Below are positions 20,835 to 31,645 of a stretch of 64,000 bases of DNA, in pieces. The translations under genes were made by a program, and so were the position numbers. The notes beneath the pieces are model-generated. The model searched no databases, was not told where the DNA came from, and saw only the letters and a program-made list of their open reading frames with translations. Origin of the DNA: Hyaloraphidium curvatum SAG 235-1 (lineage: Eukaryota; Fungi; Monoblepharomycota); contig JAIVFI010000027.1 of the NCBI GenBank assembly GCA_025558095.1, positions 62,001 through 126,000 of the forward strand. The letters are read 5' to 3'. Position 1 is the stretch's first letter; the number at the start of each line of letters is the position of its first letter.

Positions 20835-22343
20835 ATGGCATCGACCGACGCGCTGCCGGGCCGTTTTTCGCTCGACGCCTCGGGGCTGCTCGCTATTTTC
20901 CCCCTTCCGGTGCCTGGCAACGCTCCGCCGCCCTACCCACGTTCCCTCGGCCCCGGCGATGTCCGTTCCAAGCCCAACGATGTATTCGACACGTTGGCAG
21001 CAGGTGCTGCGCCCCTGACCCCGGTGGACGTGATTCGGCGGCTGGAGGATGCCGGCCTCAAGGCGCTGGCCATCCTGGTCCGCGCCTGCGGCACCCCCGC
21101 CGTCGCGCCCGGCCTGATCTCACTCTGCGGCATCGCGACAACCGCGTTGGTAATCGCCATCTCGGCCACGATGTTCCCGCTGAACGACGGATCCTTTGGT
21201 ACCGCGCAAATCGCGGTCGCAGTGGCGTCCGTGGGTGCACTTTTCTTGGGCGGCGCCTGCACCGTTGTCGTCGTTGTCTTCGCTCTTGCCGCGGCGCGCC
21301 GCGGTTCGTCGAACAGGCCTGCGTACAACGCCTGGTTCGCGGCGACTCTGACGCAGACTTGCCGGTGGTTGGAGCTTTGCGAGCCAGGGAGGGCAAGCAA
21401 GCTCGTGGAGCACGTCCCTGGGGATCAATACTGCACCTGCCGCGACTGCTGCGCTGGACTCCTTCGCTTGGCCGTCTGGGACCGCGTGGTTCGTCCCGGT
21501 CTCTTCCACACACTCGCCATCTTCATCTTTTTTGTCCCCCTCTGGACCCCGCTGGTGCGCTTCGGCCCGGTCTTTTGGTCCCGCTGGTACGGCATGGCCC
21601 TCGGCATTGCCTTTATCGTTGCTGAAATCGCGTGGAACCTCACGAGCGCGCTCACGCGGGTCTCGGCTTCCAGCACCGCGGACGTCCGCCTCCGCACGAG
21701 GATTTACCGCCGCGCGACCGACCTCGCGCTCCGCGATTTCCTCGCGCGAGCGCGTGCGGCGCTCCTCCACGGCACTGCGGTCGACGGTCCGGGCACTACG
21801 GAACTCTACGCCTCCCTGCATGCTGCCTACGAATCCCGCTGGCGTGCGGCACGTGCCGTCACGGCATTCTCCTCCAACGCCTTCACTACCATCATCTCAG
21901 TCCTCTACCCGCTCCTCCTGGTGGCCGGCGCCGTCGCCAACATCGCCGTGGGATCCTGCATCCCCCTGTGGCTCCTCCTCTTCCTGCTCCTCACCTTCGC
22001 GCTTCTCTTCATCGACCTCGCCCAGCTCCCCGCCGCCAACGACCAGATCGACGCCGTCCTCTCGCTCTACATCGACGCCCGTACCGCGCTCCAGTCCATG
22101 CTCGCCGAATCCGCGCGGCTGGGCACCAGAACCGCCGCGCGGGAGCTCAAGGAGCACCTTGGCCTGCTGGCGTCCTTTGGCGCCTCGGACAACCTGCGTG
22201 CGACGTTCGTTGGGATCGTGGTCACGTGGGGGCTTGCCAAGACCGCGGTGGTGACCGTAGTGACGCTGGCGGTGGCGCTGTGGAGCGTGCTCAGGGGGGT
22301 CGGCGTGGGGTTCACCGTCGAGACAGCGTGTCCTTTGGGTTGA
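20835..22343 (+). CDS. 7-TM membrane protein, GRL/7TM-ion-channel-like family (intact, intronless, 502 aa)
   Basis: Seven hydrophobic segments arranged as three hairpins plus a C-terminal TM; no signal peptide; loop motif LVEHVPGDQYCTCRDCCAG; C-terminus ATFVGIVVTWGLAKTAVVTVVTLAVALWSVL..ACP. Confidence 0.8.
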   Translation: MASTDALPGRFSLDASGLLAIFPLPVPGNAPPPYPRSLGPGDVRSKPNDVFDTLAAGAAPLTPVDVIRRLEDAGLKALAILVRACGTPAVAPGLISLCGIATTALVIAISATMFPLNDGSFGTAQIAVAVASVGALFLGGACTVVVVVFALAAARRGSSNRPAYNAWFAATLTQTCRWLELCEPGRASKLVEHVPGDQYCTCRDCCAGLLRLAVWDRVVRPGLFHTLAIFIFFVPLWTPLVRFGPVFWSRWYGMALGIAFIVAEIAWNLTSALTRVSASSTADVRLRTRIYRRATDLALRDFLARARAALLHGTAVDGPGTTELYASLHAAYESRWRAARAVTAFSSNAFTTIISVLYPLLLVAGAVANIAVGSCIPLWLLLFLLLTFALLFIDLAQLPAANDQIDAVLSLYIDARTALQSMLAESARLGTRTAARELKEHLGLLASFGASDNLRATFVGIVVTWGLAKTAVVTVVTLAVALWSVLRGVGVGFTVETACPLG

Positions 22344-22410
22344 GGTGCACAGCGGACGGTGGTTTATCGGAACGACCTTTGTATGCAGTGGACAAGATAC
22401 AGTTGCATCC

Positions 22411-23664
22411 CTAGGCAAGCTTGTTCGTCCCGCATACGTTCTTGTGCTCCTTCCACGCCGCGCGCTGGCACTCAGTTCCGCAGTACCTCGCCACGCCGCA
22501 CCGGGCGCAGCGCTTCAGCTTTCCGCCGGCGCCGCAGTTATCGCACATGTCCGCAACGGTTGTCGACAGTGTGCGCGAGAGTTTCTTGAGGAAGACCGGT
22601 ATTCCCGGATGGTGCTGATTCTCGTGCAGCCAAGATCCCACAGGCATGTTCGCCGCGACCGCTTGGGCGGCTTCCTTGCCCTTCGTAAGCACAGCGATCA
22701 TGACAGTGTTCCGGCACATTCGAAAAATGTCGCCGTTGCCAATGAATGGACCGGCAAGCGCGGCGGAGCCTTTTTCAAAAGTCTCGAAAGCCGTGGTCGC
22801 ACTTTCCATGATCGCCGTCCCTCGGCCTCCATTCAAGCTCTCTCCCAGCGTCTTTGCGTTCTGTCCGAGGATCGCCACCAACAAATCAGTTATCGTTGGA
22901 AGGAAGTCGTGCTTCTCGTCTCCCGTGGGCGAACGATCTCCGAAATCTCCACTCCTTTTCACAACCTCCCCGAAAACGGTCATGAGCGATATCAGCAGTC
23001 CGGTATCGTCCCCCAGCCTTTTCACCACAGCTTTGGAAGCAGAAGCAAGGATGAACAGGATGTCCACCGCTCTAATGCTGCAAACGGCGAAGGACATGGC
23101 GAAAGCCATGCGGACGACATCGCTCGCCGGGAGTGCTCTCGTCCAAGATGAGTTGCGCTCCGAATCGGCCAAGATGACAGCCGCGCGGCGTAGAATGTGG
23201 TACTCCGCCCGGAAAATGGTGAGAGCGAGCTCGGCCCGCAGCTTTGAAGGGCCGGCGTGCCGAGGAACTGGTCCGCCGCGGAACAAAGCCCTCTTCACAA
23301 GCAACCAATCGGAGCTCTGGTTCTCGTCCTCATTGGATGAGGAGCAGACAAACCAGCAAAGCTGATAGGTGTCCAGAAAGTCGTGCGGCAAAGGCGGTTC
23401 GGGAGAAGGTTCCGCAGGAGGACGGGACGCCGCAATATCGTCCAGGAAGGGGTAGTACGAAGCGGCGAAGGATTCCAGTAGTGTCGAGATCCGATATAAG
23501 AGAGCACTGTGGTCCAGCTTGGCCCAAGCGTCTCTGTTTTCGGCCCCCTCCCTGGGGTCGGCAACGGCGCCAGGCCCGGGCGCGGCTTCGCTCGAGAACG
23601 CCGCGCCCGACGGGACGACATCGACTCCGTCCACGGCGTCCTCCGGCGTGTTTTGCGAGTCCAT
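22411..23664 (-). CDS. MYND zinc-finger protein
   Basis: C-terminal CDNCG..LKRCARCGVARYCGTECQRAAWKEHKNVC. Confidence 0.85.
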   Translation of the reverse strand: MDSQNTPEDAVDGVDVVPSGAAFSSEAAPGPGAVADPREGAENRDAWAKLDHSALLYRISTLLESFAASYYPFLDDIAASRPPAEPSPEPPLPHDFLDTYQLCWFVCSSSNEDENQSSDWLLVKRALFRGGPVPRHAGPSKLRAELALTIFRAEYHILRRAAVILADSERNSSWTRALPASDVVRMAFAMSFAVCSIRAVDILFILASASKAVVKRLGDDTGLLISLMTVFGEVVKRSGDFGDRSPTGDEKHDFLPTITDLLVAILGQNAKTLGESLNGGRGTAIMESATTAFETFEKGSAALAGPFIGNGDIFRMCRNTVMIAVLTKGKEAAQAVAANMPVGSWLHENQHHPGIPVFLKKLSRTLSTTVADMCDNCGAGGKLKRCARCGVARYCGTECQRAAWKEHKNVCGTNKLA

Positions 23665-23945
23665 TTGGAAGGAGGCTGTTGTGTGCGCGTGCGAGACCGA
23701 CTGAGCCAGCTGTCGCTCAGCGGGCTTCTCGATGAGTCGATCCCATTTCACACAACACTTTTGTTCTATCAGATGGATGTATCTACAATGCGTATGTTCG
23801 CTTCAATTCCAAGTAGGGCATAGGCATACGTTCGATAGACTTATGATGGTGACGACGCTTGGTCGTGCTTTCAGACGACGATGGCGCCGACAGTTGATGA
23901 CGACGATCGGTGTTTGTTTTGACGACGATTTCCTTTGCCGCCCGG

Positions 23946-26088
23946 TCAGGCGGCGACGAGAGCCTCCGCGACGTTCTCCTCGCCCTCCTCGGCATCCCAG
24001 TCGAAGCCGTAGAGCGCCTCGGGCACGCCGTCGAACTCCTTCTCGGCCTCCCTCTCGATCTCGGCGAGCAGCTTGGGCGGGACGAGCACGTCGCCGACCA
24101 CGTGGACGACGCCGTTGGCCGCGGGGATGTCGGCGAACTTGACCGTCGTCTCGCCGTCGATCTTGATCTGGCACCGGGCGGGAAAAGGGTCAGCCCGAGG
24201 CGGCGAGCTGCGCGGGGACAGGATATACCCACGACCTTGCGGGTCTTGCCGCGCTCCTTCTCCTCCTCGACGGTCAGCGAGAGTTCCGTGCCGTCCAGCA
24301 TCCCGAGCTTGGCGGATCCGGCCTCGAACACGGGGGGCGAGTAGGCGAGGTTGGCCGAGACGTGATGCAGGAGGATCTTGCGGAGCTTGGTGAAGCCGAG
24401 TGGGCTGAGGAGGTACCGGAGCTTCTTGAATCCGAGCTGAAGAGGCGAGTCACGTCAGTATTGGGCGGGCGATGCATCATTGACGAGACGCAGACCTTCA
24501 TGAAGGCGCGGTCGGTCGGGGCAAACACGGTGATGGCCGACGAATGCACGAGGAGACCGGTGACTTCCGCACGTCGCACGGCTGCGGAGAAAAGATGGAA
24601 GAAGGGGAGGCGCGCGAGCTCGAAAACGACGGGTGCGGGGGGAATCAGAGGTCTGGTAAGCAGGGCGTGAGTTCGAAGACAACGCGGTGCAGTGCGGACG
24701 GAACTCACCCGCCAATCTCGTGGACCAAGCCGTTCGAGGCTTCGATGTCGGCGCGGCGGACCGGGGCACGGCAGTTGAGCAGGAAGACCTTGTCCTGTAG
24801 CGGAAGACCGTGAGCAAACGCATCCAACGCACCCGCGCGCTGCGGGCGAGACGTACCACAGACTCCTCGTCCTCGTCGTCGTCATCCTCACCGCCGAACG
24901 CGCAGACCTTGATCACCTGCTTGCCGCCCTTGAGGCTCTCGAGCTCCAGCGCCGTCTCGAGGAGCGAGCCGTCCTTGAGGTCCGAGGCCCCGACGGACTT
25001 GCCGAGCGCGTGGTAGAGCAGCGCCTTGTGGAGGAACTCCCTGCGGCGCTCGCTCTCGTTCTTGCCGTCGCCGAGCAGGTCCGAGAGCAGCGGGTCCTCG
25101 AAGGGCAGGGCCGGCACCGGGCCGGGGGGCCCGGGGGGACCGACGACGCCGGGAGGGCCGGGAGGACCGCGAGGAGGGAACGGGGGGCCGAGCGGAGGGC
25201 CTTCGATCGGGGGTCCAGGAGGGCCGGGCGGTCCAGGAGGCTCGAAGGGCGGGGCTCCGCCAGGGCCGTCAGGTGGGGCGGGCCTCTCCCACTCATCGCT
25301 GCTGACCACTTCGTCGCTGTCCTCGAACCAATCGGGCTTTCTTCCAGGGGGGCCGGGACGCTTGCCGAAGGGCGGGGGAGGGAACTTGCCAGGCCCACCT
25401 GGCGGCGGGGGCCCGTCGGGGGGTCCGCCAGGCCCGCGGGGAGGGCGAGGAGGTCCGCCGGGGCCGCCGTGCGGGGGAGGGGGGAACTTGCCAGGGCCGC
25501 CGGGAGGGGGGCCTCCGGGTCCACCGTGACCAGGAGGGCCGGGAGGACCGCCGTGACCAGGAGGGCCGCCGTGACCGGGAGGGCCGCCGTGACCGGGAGG
25601 ACCGCCGTGACCGGGAGGGCCGCCGTGACCGGGAGGGCCGCCGTGACCGGGAGGACCGCCGTGACCGGGAGGGCCGCCGTGACCGGGAGGACCGCCATGG
25701 CCAGGAGGACCACCGTGACCAGGAGGACCACCGCGGCCAGGAGGACCGCCGGGGCCGTGGGGGCCGTGCATCAGGATGCGGAGGATGGCGTCGTCGTTGG
25801 GGGCGAACAGGGTGAGCGGGCTGCGCAGTCCGTCAGCCCGACGCGGAACAATCGCGCCGCCGCGAGAACGCACCCGGGGCCGTCGAGCAGCTTCTTGACG
25901 TCCTCATCCTTGCCGACGATCTTGCCGAGGAGGTGCAGCTGCGGGTCGGTGTCGAGGATGCCGGCGACGGAGCGCGCGTCGGCCGCGGGGACTTCGAGGT
26001 CGGAACCGACGGTCTGCTGCGCGTACGGCAGCGCCCGCGCGACGCCGGCAAAGGCCAGCACCGCGAACGCGGCCACCGGGATGCGCAT
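23946..26088 (-). CDS. Secreted two-domain fasciclin (FAS1) protein with a Gly/Pro/His-rich insert; multi-exon
   Basis: Signal peptide; FAS1 motifs LTLFAPNDDAI, LLYHAL and DIEASNGLVHEI, then ITVFAPTDRAF, ILLHHV and DIPAANGVVHVVGDVL; several GT-AG introns; stop TGA at 23946. Confidence 0.85.
25548..25745 (-). repeat. 18-bp coding tandem repeat, 11 copies (PPGHGG x10, PPGRGG x1)
   Basis: Plus-strand unit ccgccgtgacc(a/g)ggagg(a/g) repeats with an 18-nt period. Confidence 0.95.
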
Positions 26089-26445
26089 TGTGCTGACGGG
26101 CGGAATTCCCCGCGCGCGGCGTCGTTATGTGCAATCTCCGAACTTGCTGAGGGCGTCCCCAGCAATTCCGGCCAGCACGCGATCGGGAAAACGCGATCGG
26201 CCAACGCCAGAACCGCGGACACAGTGCACGTACGCCGGCCCTGGTGAAAGACGAAAGCATGCTCCGTTGGATTTGTCGATTTCTTTCCGCCCCAACGATG
26301 GACCGCGTTGAGGATTGTGCGAGCGGAGGCGGAGGTCTTACAGGCACAGCCACCACCCGTTGTCTCCCGAGATGGTCGCATATAGCGCGATGAAAGCGCG
26401 GAAAAGTGAAACCCGAAAAATCATGCGCAGCATTGCAACGATCGG

Positions 26446-27918
26446 CTACAGCGGCAACGCCGGCACCATCCCCGTCCTCCCCCTCCTCCCCCGGCACCAC
26501 CCGTCCTCGGCCATCTCCGCGATCACCTGCGAAAAGCTGCTGTTGGGCGTGATCCAGACGGCCTCGGCGCAGGCGAGCGCCAGCTGCACCATCAGCCCCG
26601 GCAGGATGTAGGCGATGGGCCCCGCCGAGCGGCAGGATTCGGGGAGCACGGGGTCGAGGAACACCGTGCGCGGCAGGGAGGCGGCGATCAACCGCCGCTC
26701 GGTGGCGTTGCCGTCCGTTCCGACGACGGTGGGGAGGTTCGTGCCGAGCTGGGGCTCGAGCGTGGCCAGGCGGGTTATGTCCGGCCCGCAGATCTGGGGG
26801 GGAAGATCCTTCTCAAGCCAGCGCTTGTAGCTGCAGAAACCCGACAACAGGTCCTTGAGGCGAATTTGCAGCGCGTTGAAGGCCGGGATGGGCTCTTCGA
26901 GCTGGCCGGATTGAGGCGGTTCGAGGCAAGCTGCAAGTGCGGACAAGGTATGGGTGCCCGCCGACGAAAGCCCGCGCACCGCAAGACCATCGGAGTTCAG
27001 GCCGGATGCGGAAGCCAAAAAGGCGTCCAGGGAAGGCGTTCGTTTGGGAGTGGCGGACTTGCCGGCAAGAGCCAGATGCAGTGAAGACAGGGCAAGGTCC
27101 CAGAGCCAGGGATGGAACTTCATGTCCTCCTCATGCGACGTCAGGCGGTCCTTGACGCCCCTGTAGGTCGAATGTACGATAGGGTAGAAGAGGCGGAACG
27201 GCAGCGCCACGCCCAGCACGGCCAAGTCCTCCGTCGCCCCGTGCGGAGCCCAGTTCCGGGCAGCGGGCTTCCAGAGCGCGCGAGGCCAAAAGCGGGAACG
27301 CCCGCCGCGGGCGATGGCGTCCGTCGATACCCGCAGGTAGTTCCGGCACTCGTACTTGCCCTCAAAAACGTCCGAGTCGAGGTTGACGCTCCGCGTGGCC
27401 GCGCCTTTCGCCTGGCTCAGCATCCTCTGGTCCTTCCGCGCCTTCTGCCAGTAGTCCCAGTAGTCCGCGCTGGTCAGGCAGTCCATCGGCACCGGCCTGC
27501 CCGGGGTCCGCCCCAGCGCCTCGAGCACCTCGTCCTCCCGCACGAACGGCGCCCCGCGTCCCGACGCGTCGGCCTCGCCCAGCCGGCCCACCCTGACGTC
27601 GAAAAGCAGCCCGACGTCCGTGTTGGGCGTCTTCCAGTCGCCGACAAAGGCGAAGCGCGGCAGCGCCACGCGCACCGACGCGCACCGCACCCGCGCGCGC
27701 CCGCCGACCGCGCGCGACAGCTCCAGCTCGGCCCACAGCCGCCGCAGCGCCAGCATGTACCCCAGGCTGAGGTACTGGTTCGACGGCCCGTTGATCGAGA
27801 GCGGGGAAAGCGCCGTGACCAGCACGCAGTGCGGCGCCCGCGCAGGCCGCCACGCGTGAAGCGCCCACAGCGCCGCGAGCGCGAGCGGGACGAGGGCGCG
27901 GAGCAGGCGCTGGCGCAT
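26446..27918 (-). CDS. Type II membrane O-fucosyltransferase-like glycosyltransferase, intronless
   Basis: N-terminal signal anchor; NGPSNQ, ALQIRLKD, VVGTD and AEAVWITPNSSFSQVI match the GDP-fucose transferase motif order. Confidence 0.65.
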   Translation of the reverse strand: MRQRLLRALVPLALAALWALHAWRPARAPHCVLVTALSPLSINGPSNQYLSLGYMLALRRLWAELELSRAVGGRARVRCASVRVALPRFAFVGDWKTPNTDVGLLFDVRVGRLGEADASGRGAPFVREDEVLEALGRTPGRPVPMDCLTSADYWDYWQKARKDQRMLSQAKGAATRSVNLDSDVFEGKYECRNYLRVSTDAIARGGRSRFWPRALWKPAARNWAPHGATEDLAVLGVALPFRLFYPIVHSTYRGVKDRLTSHEEDMKFHPWLWDLALSSLHLALAGKSATPKRTPSLDAFLASASGLNSDGLAVRGLSSAGTHTLSALAACLEPPQSGQLEEPIPAFNALQIRLKDLLSGFCSYKRWLEKDLPPQICGPDITRLATLEPQLGTNLPTVVGTDGNATERRLIAASLPRTVFLDPVLPESCRSAGPIAYILPGLMVQLALACAEAVWITPNSSFSQVIAEMAEDGWCRGRRGRTGMVPALPL

Positions 27919-28163
27919 TCTCCTCGCGGCACGCGGAAGGCATGGGGTCACCGGCCGCGTGCGTCTGGAACGAGGATCCATCGGGGTGGTGACCCTCTCG
28001 GGCCGAACCGGCCACCGTCCCCTACGGATCCCTCCAACGAAATATCCAAAGGACAGCCTTCAGGCGCGTTTGTCCCGCTCAGAGTCCTTCATTAAGCTAG
28101 TGGAGGAACTTTTTCCGCTGCTTTCGGGGGCGCAATGCCTTGAAAAGTCTCCTCCTCGAGCGC

Positions 28164-28852
28164 CTACTTGCTGAACCCTCCGGATCCGAACTTGCCCTGA
28201 AATCGACTGGTCAGGGTGGAGAAAAGCGCCTGGGAAAGAGAAGCACGCACCAGGAACTTGGCGTTCAGCCCCTTGAGACCCTCCCTGAGCTTGGCCCCGT
28301 CGCCGTCGGTGGGCACGTCGCCCTGCGGACCAATTCAGCTCCGTTCGATCGTCGAACGAGGAAGAAGGACCCACAAACACCCAGAAGTCGCCAAAGTCGG
28401 CGCAGCCCATGAAGCGGGCCGCGAACGGCGCGAACGACGCGTTGTGCTCCATGCAGCCCTCGACGCCCTGGTACCTGCAGCAGAACGGGTCGGATTGCAC
28501 TGCGGCAAGCGAGCGGAACGGAGGTTACCTCTCGTAGATGTGGACCTGGCGACGGGCAGACGTCAGCACCGCTCTTGATCCCACCCCCCGACGAAACCCA
28601 CCTCGGAGCCGTCGTCGGTGACGTACCACGAGTAGTCAATTGACAGCTTGTCCTTCTCGACGGCCGCGGACATCTCCTCCATCAGGGCCTCGTACTCCTT
28701 GAGCTTCCCGGGCTTGACCTTCATCTGAACATGGTACGCAACCTCCTTGCCGGTGCGGGCGGACTGCAGAGTCGTGCAAAGCGGCGGAGAGCAGTGCGAG
28801 ACCGAGAGAGGAAATCCGGCGACAAGGGGTGGCGAATCGCCGCGGGGGACAT
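28164..28852 (-). CDS. Small ABM / quinol monooxygenase-like dimeric alpha-beta barrel protein; at least 5 exons; start uncertain
   Basis: Spliced reading QMKVKPGKLKEYEALMEEM..IDYSWYVTDDGSE|VHIYER|YQGVEGCMEHN..VF|GDVP..FL|GKFGSGGFSK*; includes a 17-nt exon at 28529-28545. Confidence 0.75.
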
Positions 28853-29093
28853 TCCGCGCGGCGGAGTCGGAAGCGCGAAGCAGCAGAGAATCCCGGCATG
28901 CCGTCAGTCCTCCCTTTGAGACGCTCAATTGGACGCGACACCCACCATCGTGGCGCTGTCTGGGTGCTGACTTGAAGGGAAACGGACGGCCGGTCGACGG
29001 TTTGTTCCGCAGGCCGCGCCGCGATCGCGGGCGCCGCACCCACCCCCAGACCCGATCAGGGACGCGACGCCACTCCCCGTCCCTGCGGCAGAA

Positions 29094-29843
29094 ATGCGCC
29101 CAACGCGTCCAATCGTCCTCGCAGCGCTGCTGGCGGCCTTGTCCGCGGGCGCCGCCGCGCAGACCGCGTCCGCGCCCCTGCCGCTTCCCCTGAACACGAC
29201 CTTCGTCTTCGACCCTTCGCGGTTCCGCGATTTCTGCCAGGTGTACTACACGACGGTTCCCGCCAACACCTACAGGATCTTCGCCGTCTGCTCGGAGCCG
29301 GAGTGGGTCCCGCGGCACCTCCCCTCGTCTTGTCGCTCACGCCCGGCCTCCAGGTACGCGCTGGCCGCCACCTACCTCCCCTCGGAATCGATCCCCGCCT
29401 CCTCCCCGATCCCGAGCACCGTACCCTGCCACCTCCCGGAAGAAATCAGGAACGGCACGGAGCTGAAGTACCTCGCCGTCAGCTTCCCCACCGTCCCCGT
29501 CAACTCTAGCAGCACTGGGGGCATATGCCAGCGGCAGGACCAGTTCGCCGCCCCCTGCCGCACGACCAACGCGACGGTGTTCATCTCGTTCGCGTCCAGG
29601 TGGAACGCGACGTACAGCAACGGCAGCGCGGTGCCGGCGGACCTGTTCAACCCGGACTCGCCGCGCAACATCACGGTGAACCTGCTGCCGAGCCGGGAGC
29701 GGCCCGGGGAAGGGAATGCGACGGGATGCGCGGCGTTCGTGGCGACCACGACGACCAGGCCGGCGGCGGCGGGGAGGATGGCTGTCGGGTGGGCGGGGCT
29801 CGCAGCCGGCGCTGCGGCCGCGATCCTGGGCTTGACATCATGA
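29094..29843 (+). CDS. Secreted, probably GPI-anchored Cys-containing glycoprotein
   Basis: Signal peptide, many NxS/T sequons and a hydrophobic C-terminal tail after TTTTRPAAAG; probable in-frame intron ~29303-29353. Confidence 0.7.
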   Translation: MRPTRPIVLAALLAALSAGAAAQTASAPLPLPLNTTFVFDPSRFRDFCQVYYTTVPANTYRIFAVCSEPEWVPRHLPSSCRSRPASRYALAATYLPSESIPASSPIPSTVPCHLPEEIRNGTELKYLAVSFPTVPVNSSSTGGICQRQDQFAAPCRTTNATVFISFASRWNATYSNGSAVPADLFNPDSPRNITVNLLPSRERPGEGNATGCAAFVATTTTRPAAAGRMAVGWAGLAAGAAAAILGLTS

Positions 29844-30120
29844 GGATCCTGCAATCGCACCTGACGGCCGCCTGGCGCGGCCGCATCAACTGGTTCAACA
29901 CGGCCAGGGCCCACCTGCTCGCGCCAGCGGGCCTGCTCGACGCCGCGGGCGCCGACGCCGACCTGCTGGCGACGTATTTGGATGCGGATCGGTACACCGT
30001 CCGGTTCCTGGGGATCGTGGTGAGCTACGGGGTGATCAGGACGCTGCTGGTGACAATGGTGACACTCGCGGTGGCCCTCTTCTCGGTGCTGAATGGATTC
30101 GGGGTCACGGTGACGCTCTC
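29840..30120 (+). pseudogene. Internally deleted 3' remnant of the 7-TM GRL-like family
   Basis: LQSHLTAAWRGR (IL2 motif) is joined directly to LLATYLDADRYTVRFLGIVVSYGVIRTLLVTMVTLAVALFSVLNGFGVTVT. Confidence 0.75.
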
Positions 30121-30395
30121 TGGGGCGGGCAGGTGGACGGCGGACGTGAAACCCCATTCGCGTCGGGCTTCGAGGTCTGGGTCTGTAGAGGGTCCGTTCC
30201 GCGCGGCTCCGGATCCCAAGCGGCAGCCGATCAACCAATTTTCTAACAATGTTTATGGAAGTACGCCAGGCGGCAGCCGGTTAGCGTTGCGCAGATACAA
30301 GGTAGCAAAGTATGCTTAGCTGGCCGCGTCGCGCGTCGAGTCATCAACATCGACTCATCACCATCCACAACACCAACACTCGCGCTCCAGTCACG

Positions 30396-30870
30396 ATGTC
30401 GAAAGGAGGCAGCGGCACCCGTCCCAGCAAGCCCCTCGCCGAGGAGATGGACTCGGGGTCCACTATCTCCTCCTACACGAAGCACGAGTCCGGCAGCAAC
30501 TACACTGTGCGCGGGATGATTCGACGCTCCCCGCGGTCAAAAGTCCTGACCCCGCTCGTCTCCAGGTGCACGTCAAGGACAAGTCCGGCACCGAGCATGT
30601 GTACACCAATGTAACGAACGAGCACCTCCGCGGCTACCTCGGGCGCGACCCCGAGAACGGCGGCGGCGAGGGGGAGTCGGGCGGCGGCGGCGGGAGGGGC
30701 AGGAGCGGGAGCCACGGCGGCGGCAAGAAGGGAGAAGAGAGCCCTTTCGATTCCCGTGGGTCGCTTTGCGCTGGGGCTGCCGGCGCCGGCGTCTGATCGC
30801 CAGATCACCGCAGTGATGAAGAGCGGGGGCAAGGTCCAGGACATCAAGGAGACCAAGCGGTACGTGATCT
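30396..30870 (+). CDS. Small spliced hypothetical protein with weak KTSC-like N-terminal segment and Gly-rich linker; 3' end uncertain
   Basis: Exon 1 ends at ~30506, followed by an intron to ~30565; reading STISSYTKHESGSNYT|VHVKDKSGTEHVYTNVTNEHLRGYL; second intron ~30755-30803. Confidence 0.5.
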
Positions 30871-31645
30871 ATTGCTTCGAAGCGCGCCTTCGCTGACGAG
30901 CGAGCGATCTCCGCCGTATCGTCGTCTACCTCCGCCGCATGGTTGTCGCTCGCCGCGCTCCGGCGATGAAGGGGCACCTATGCCGTTCACGTCCTCGGGC
31001 CCGACGGCAAGACCCACAACTTCAGCAGCGTCGGTGGCGACCATCTGGAGAGCTACGGCGTCGACCTCGGCGAAGCTCAGGCTGATTGATTGCGGCGCCG
31101 GAAGACGGAGGAGGTCTTGGGATCTGGGTGCGGGCATGGGCACGCCGCGGGGCGGATTCTTGCGCCAGCGCGATTGTAATGTTTCGTCCTTTTGAGTGAA
31201 TTGTACAGCAGCTTTCCGCGCCTCATGTTCCACTTGGGGATCGTGGTCCGTGCCGGCGGCCGCCTTTCCCGATTTCACGTGTGACCAATCAAATGAGCTG
31301 GCCTGTCCGCACGCCCCCGTGACCTCCGGACGATCCCATTCCTATTTCCAATACGTGCAAGTACCCGCAGTTGATCCGGGATCGCGAGCCATTAGGCGAG
31401 CGGGGCGAAACGGACGGGGGGCCTGGGAGAATGCGGGGATCGGCGGATGACGTGGCCTGCCGCACAGACAATGCAGCGTTACAATGCAGCGTCGATCACA
31501 ATAGAAAACAAAGCGGTTTCCATCCAGGGAATTCCGTCGAGAAAACGAAAGCCTCGCCATCCCGCCGCACGCCGTTCCGTTTCCACTCCCCCTCGACACG
31601 CATTTGCCCTCGCAGTCTCTCGCCGCACGCCCTCCTCGCACCGCA

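Noticed and set aside
20835-22343. 7-TM proteins as GPCRs or microbial rhodopsins
   Set aside because: There are no DRY/NPxxY motifs. The Lys in this copy's last helix is not conserved in the paralogs, so there is no retinal-binding Lys. The loop-length pattern and very short C-terminus fit the inverted GR/OR-type topology better.
25548-25745. Regular repeat considered as a CRISPR array
   Set aside because: The 18-bp units are contiguous with no spacers, lie in frame inside a eukaryotic exon, and have no cas genes nearby.
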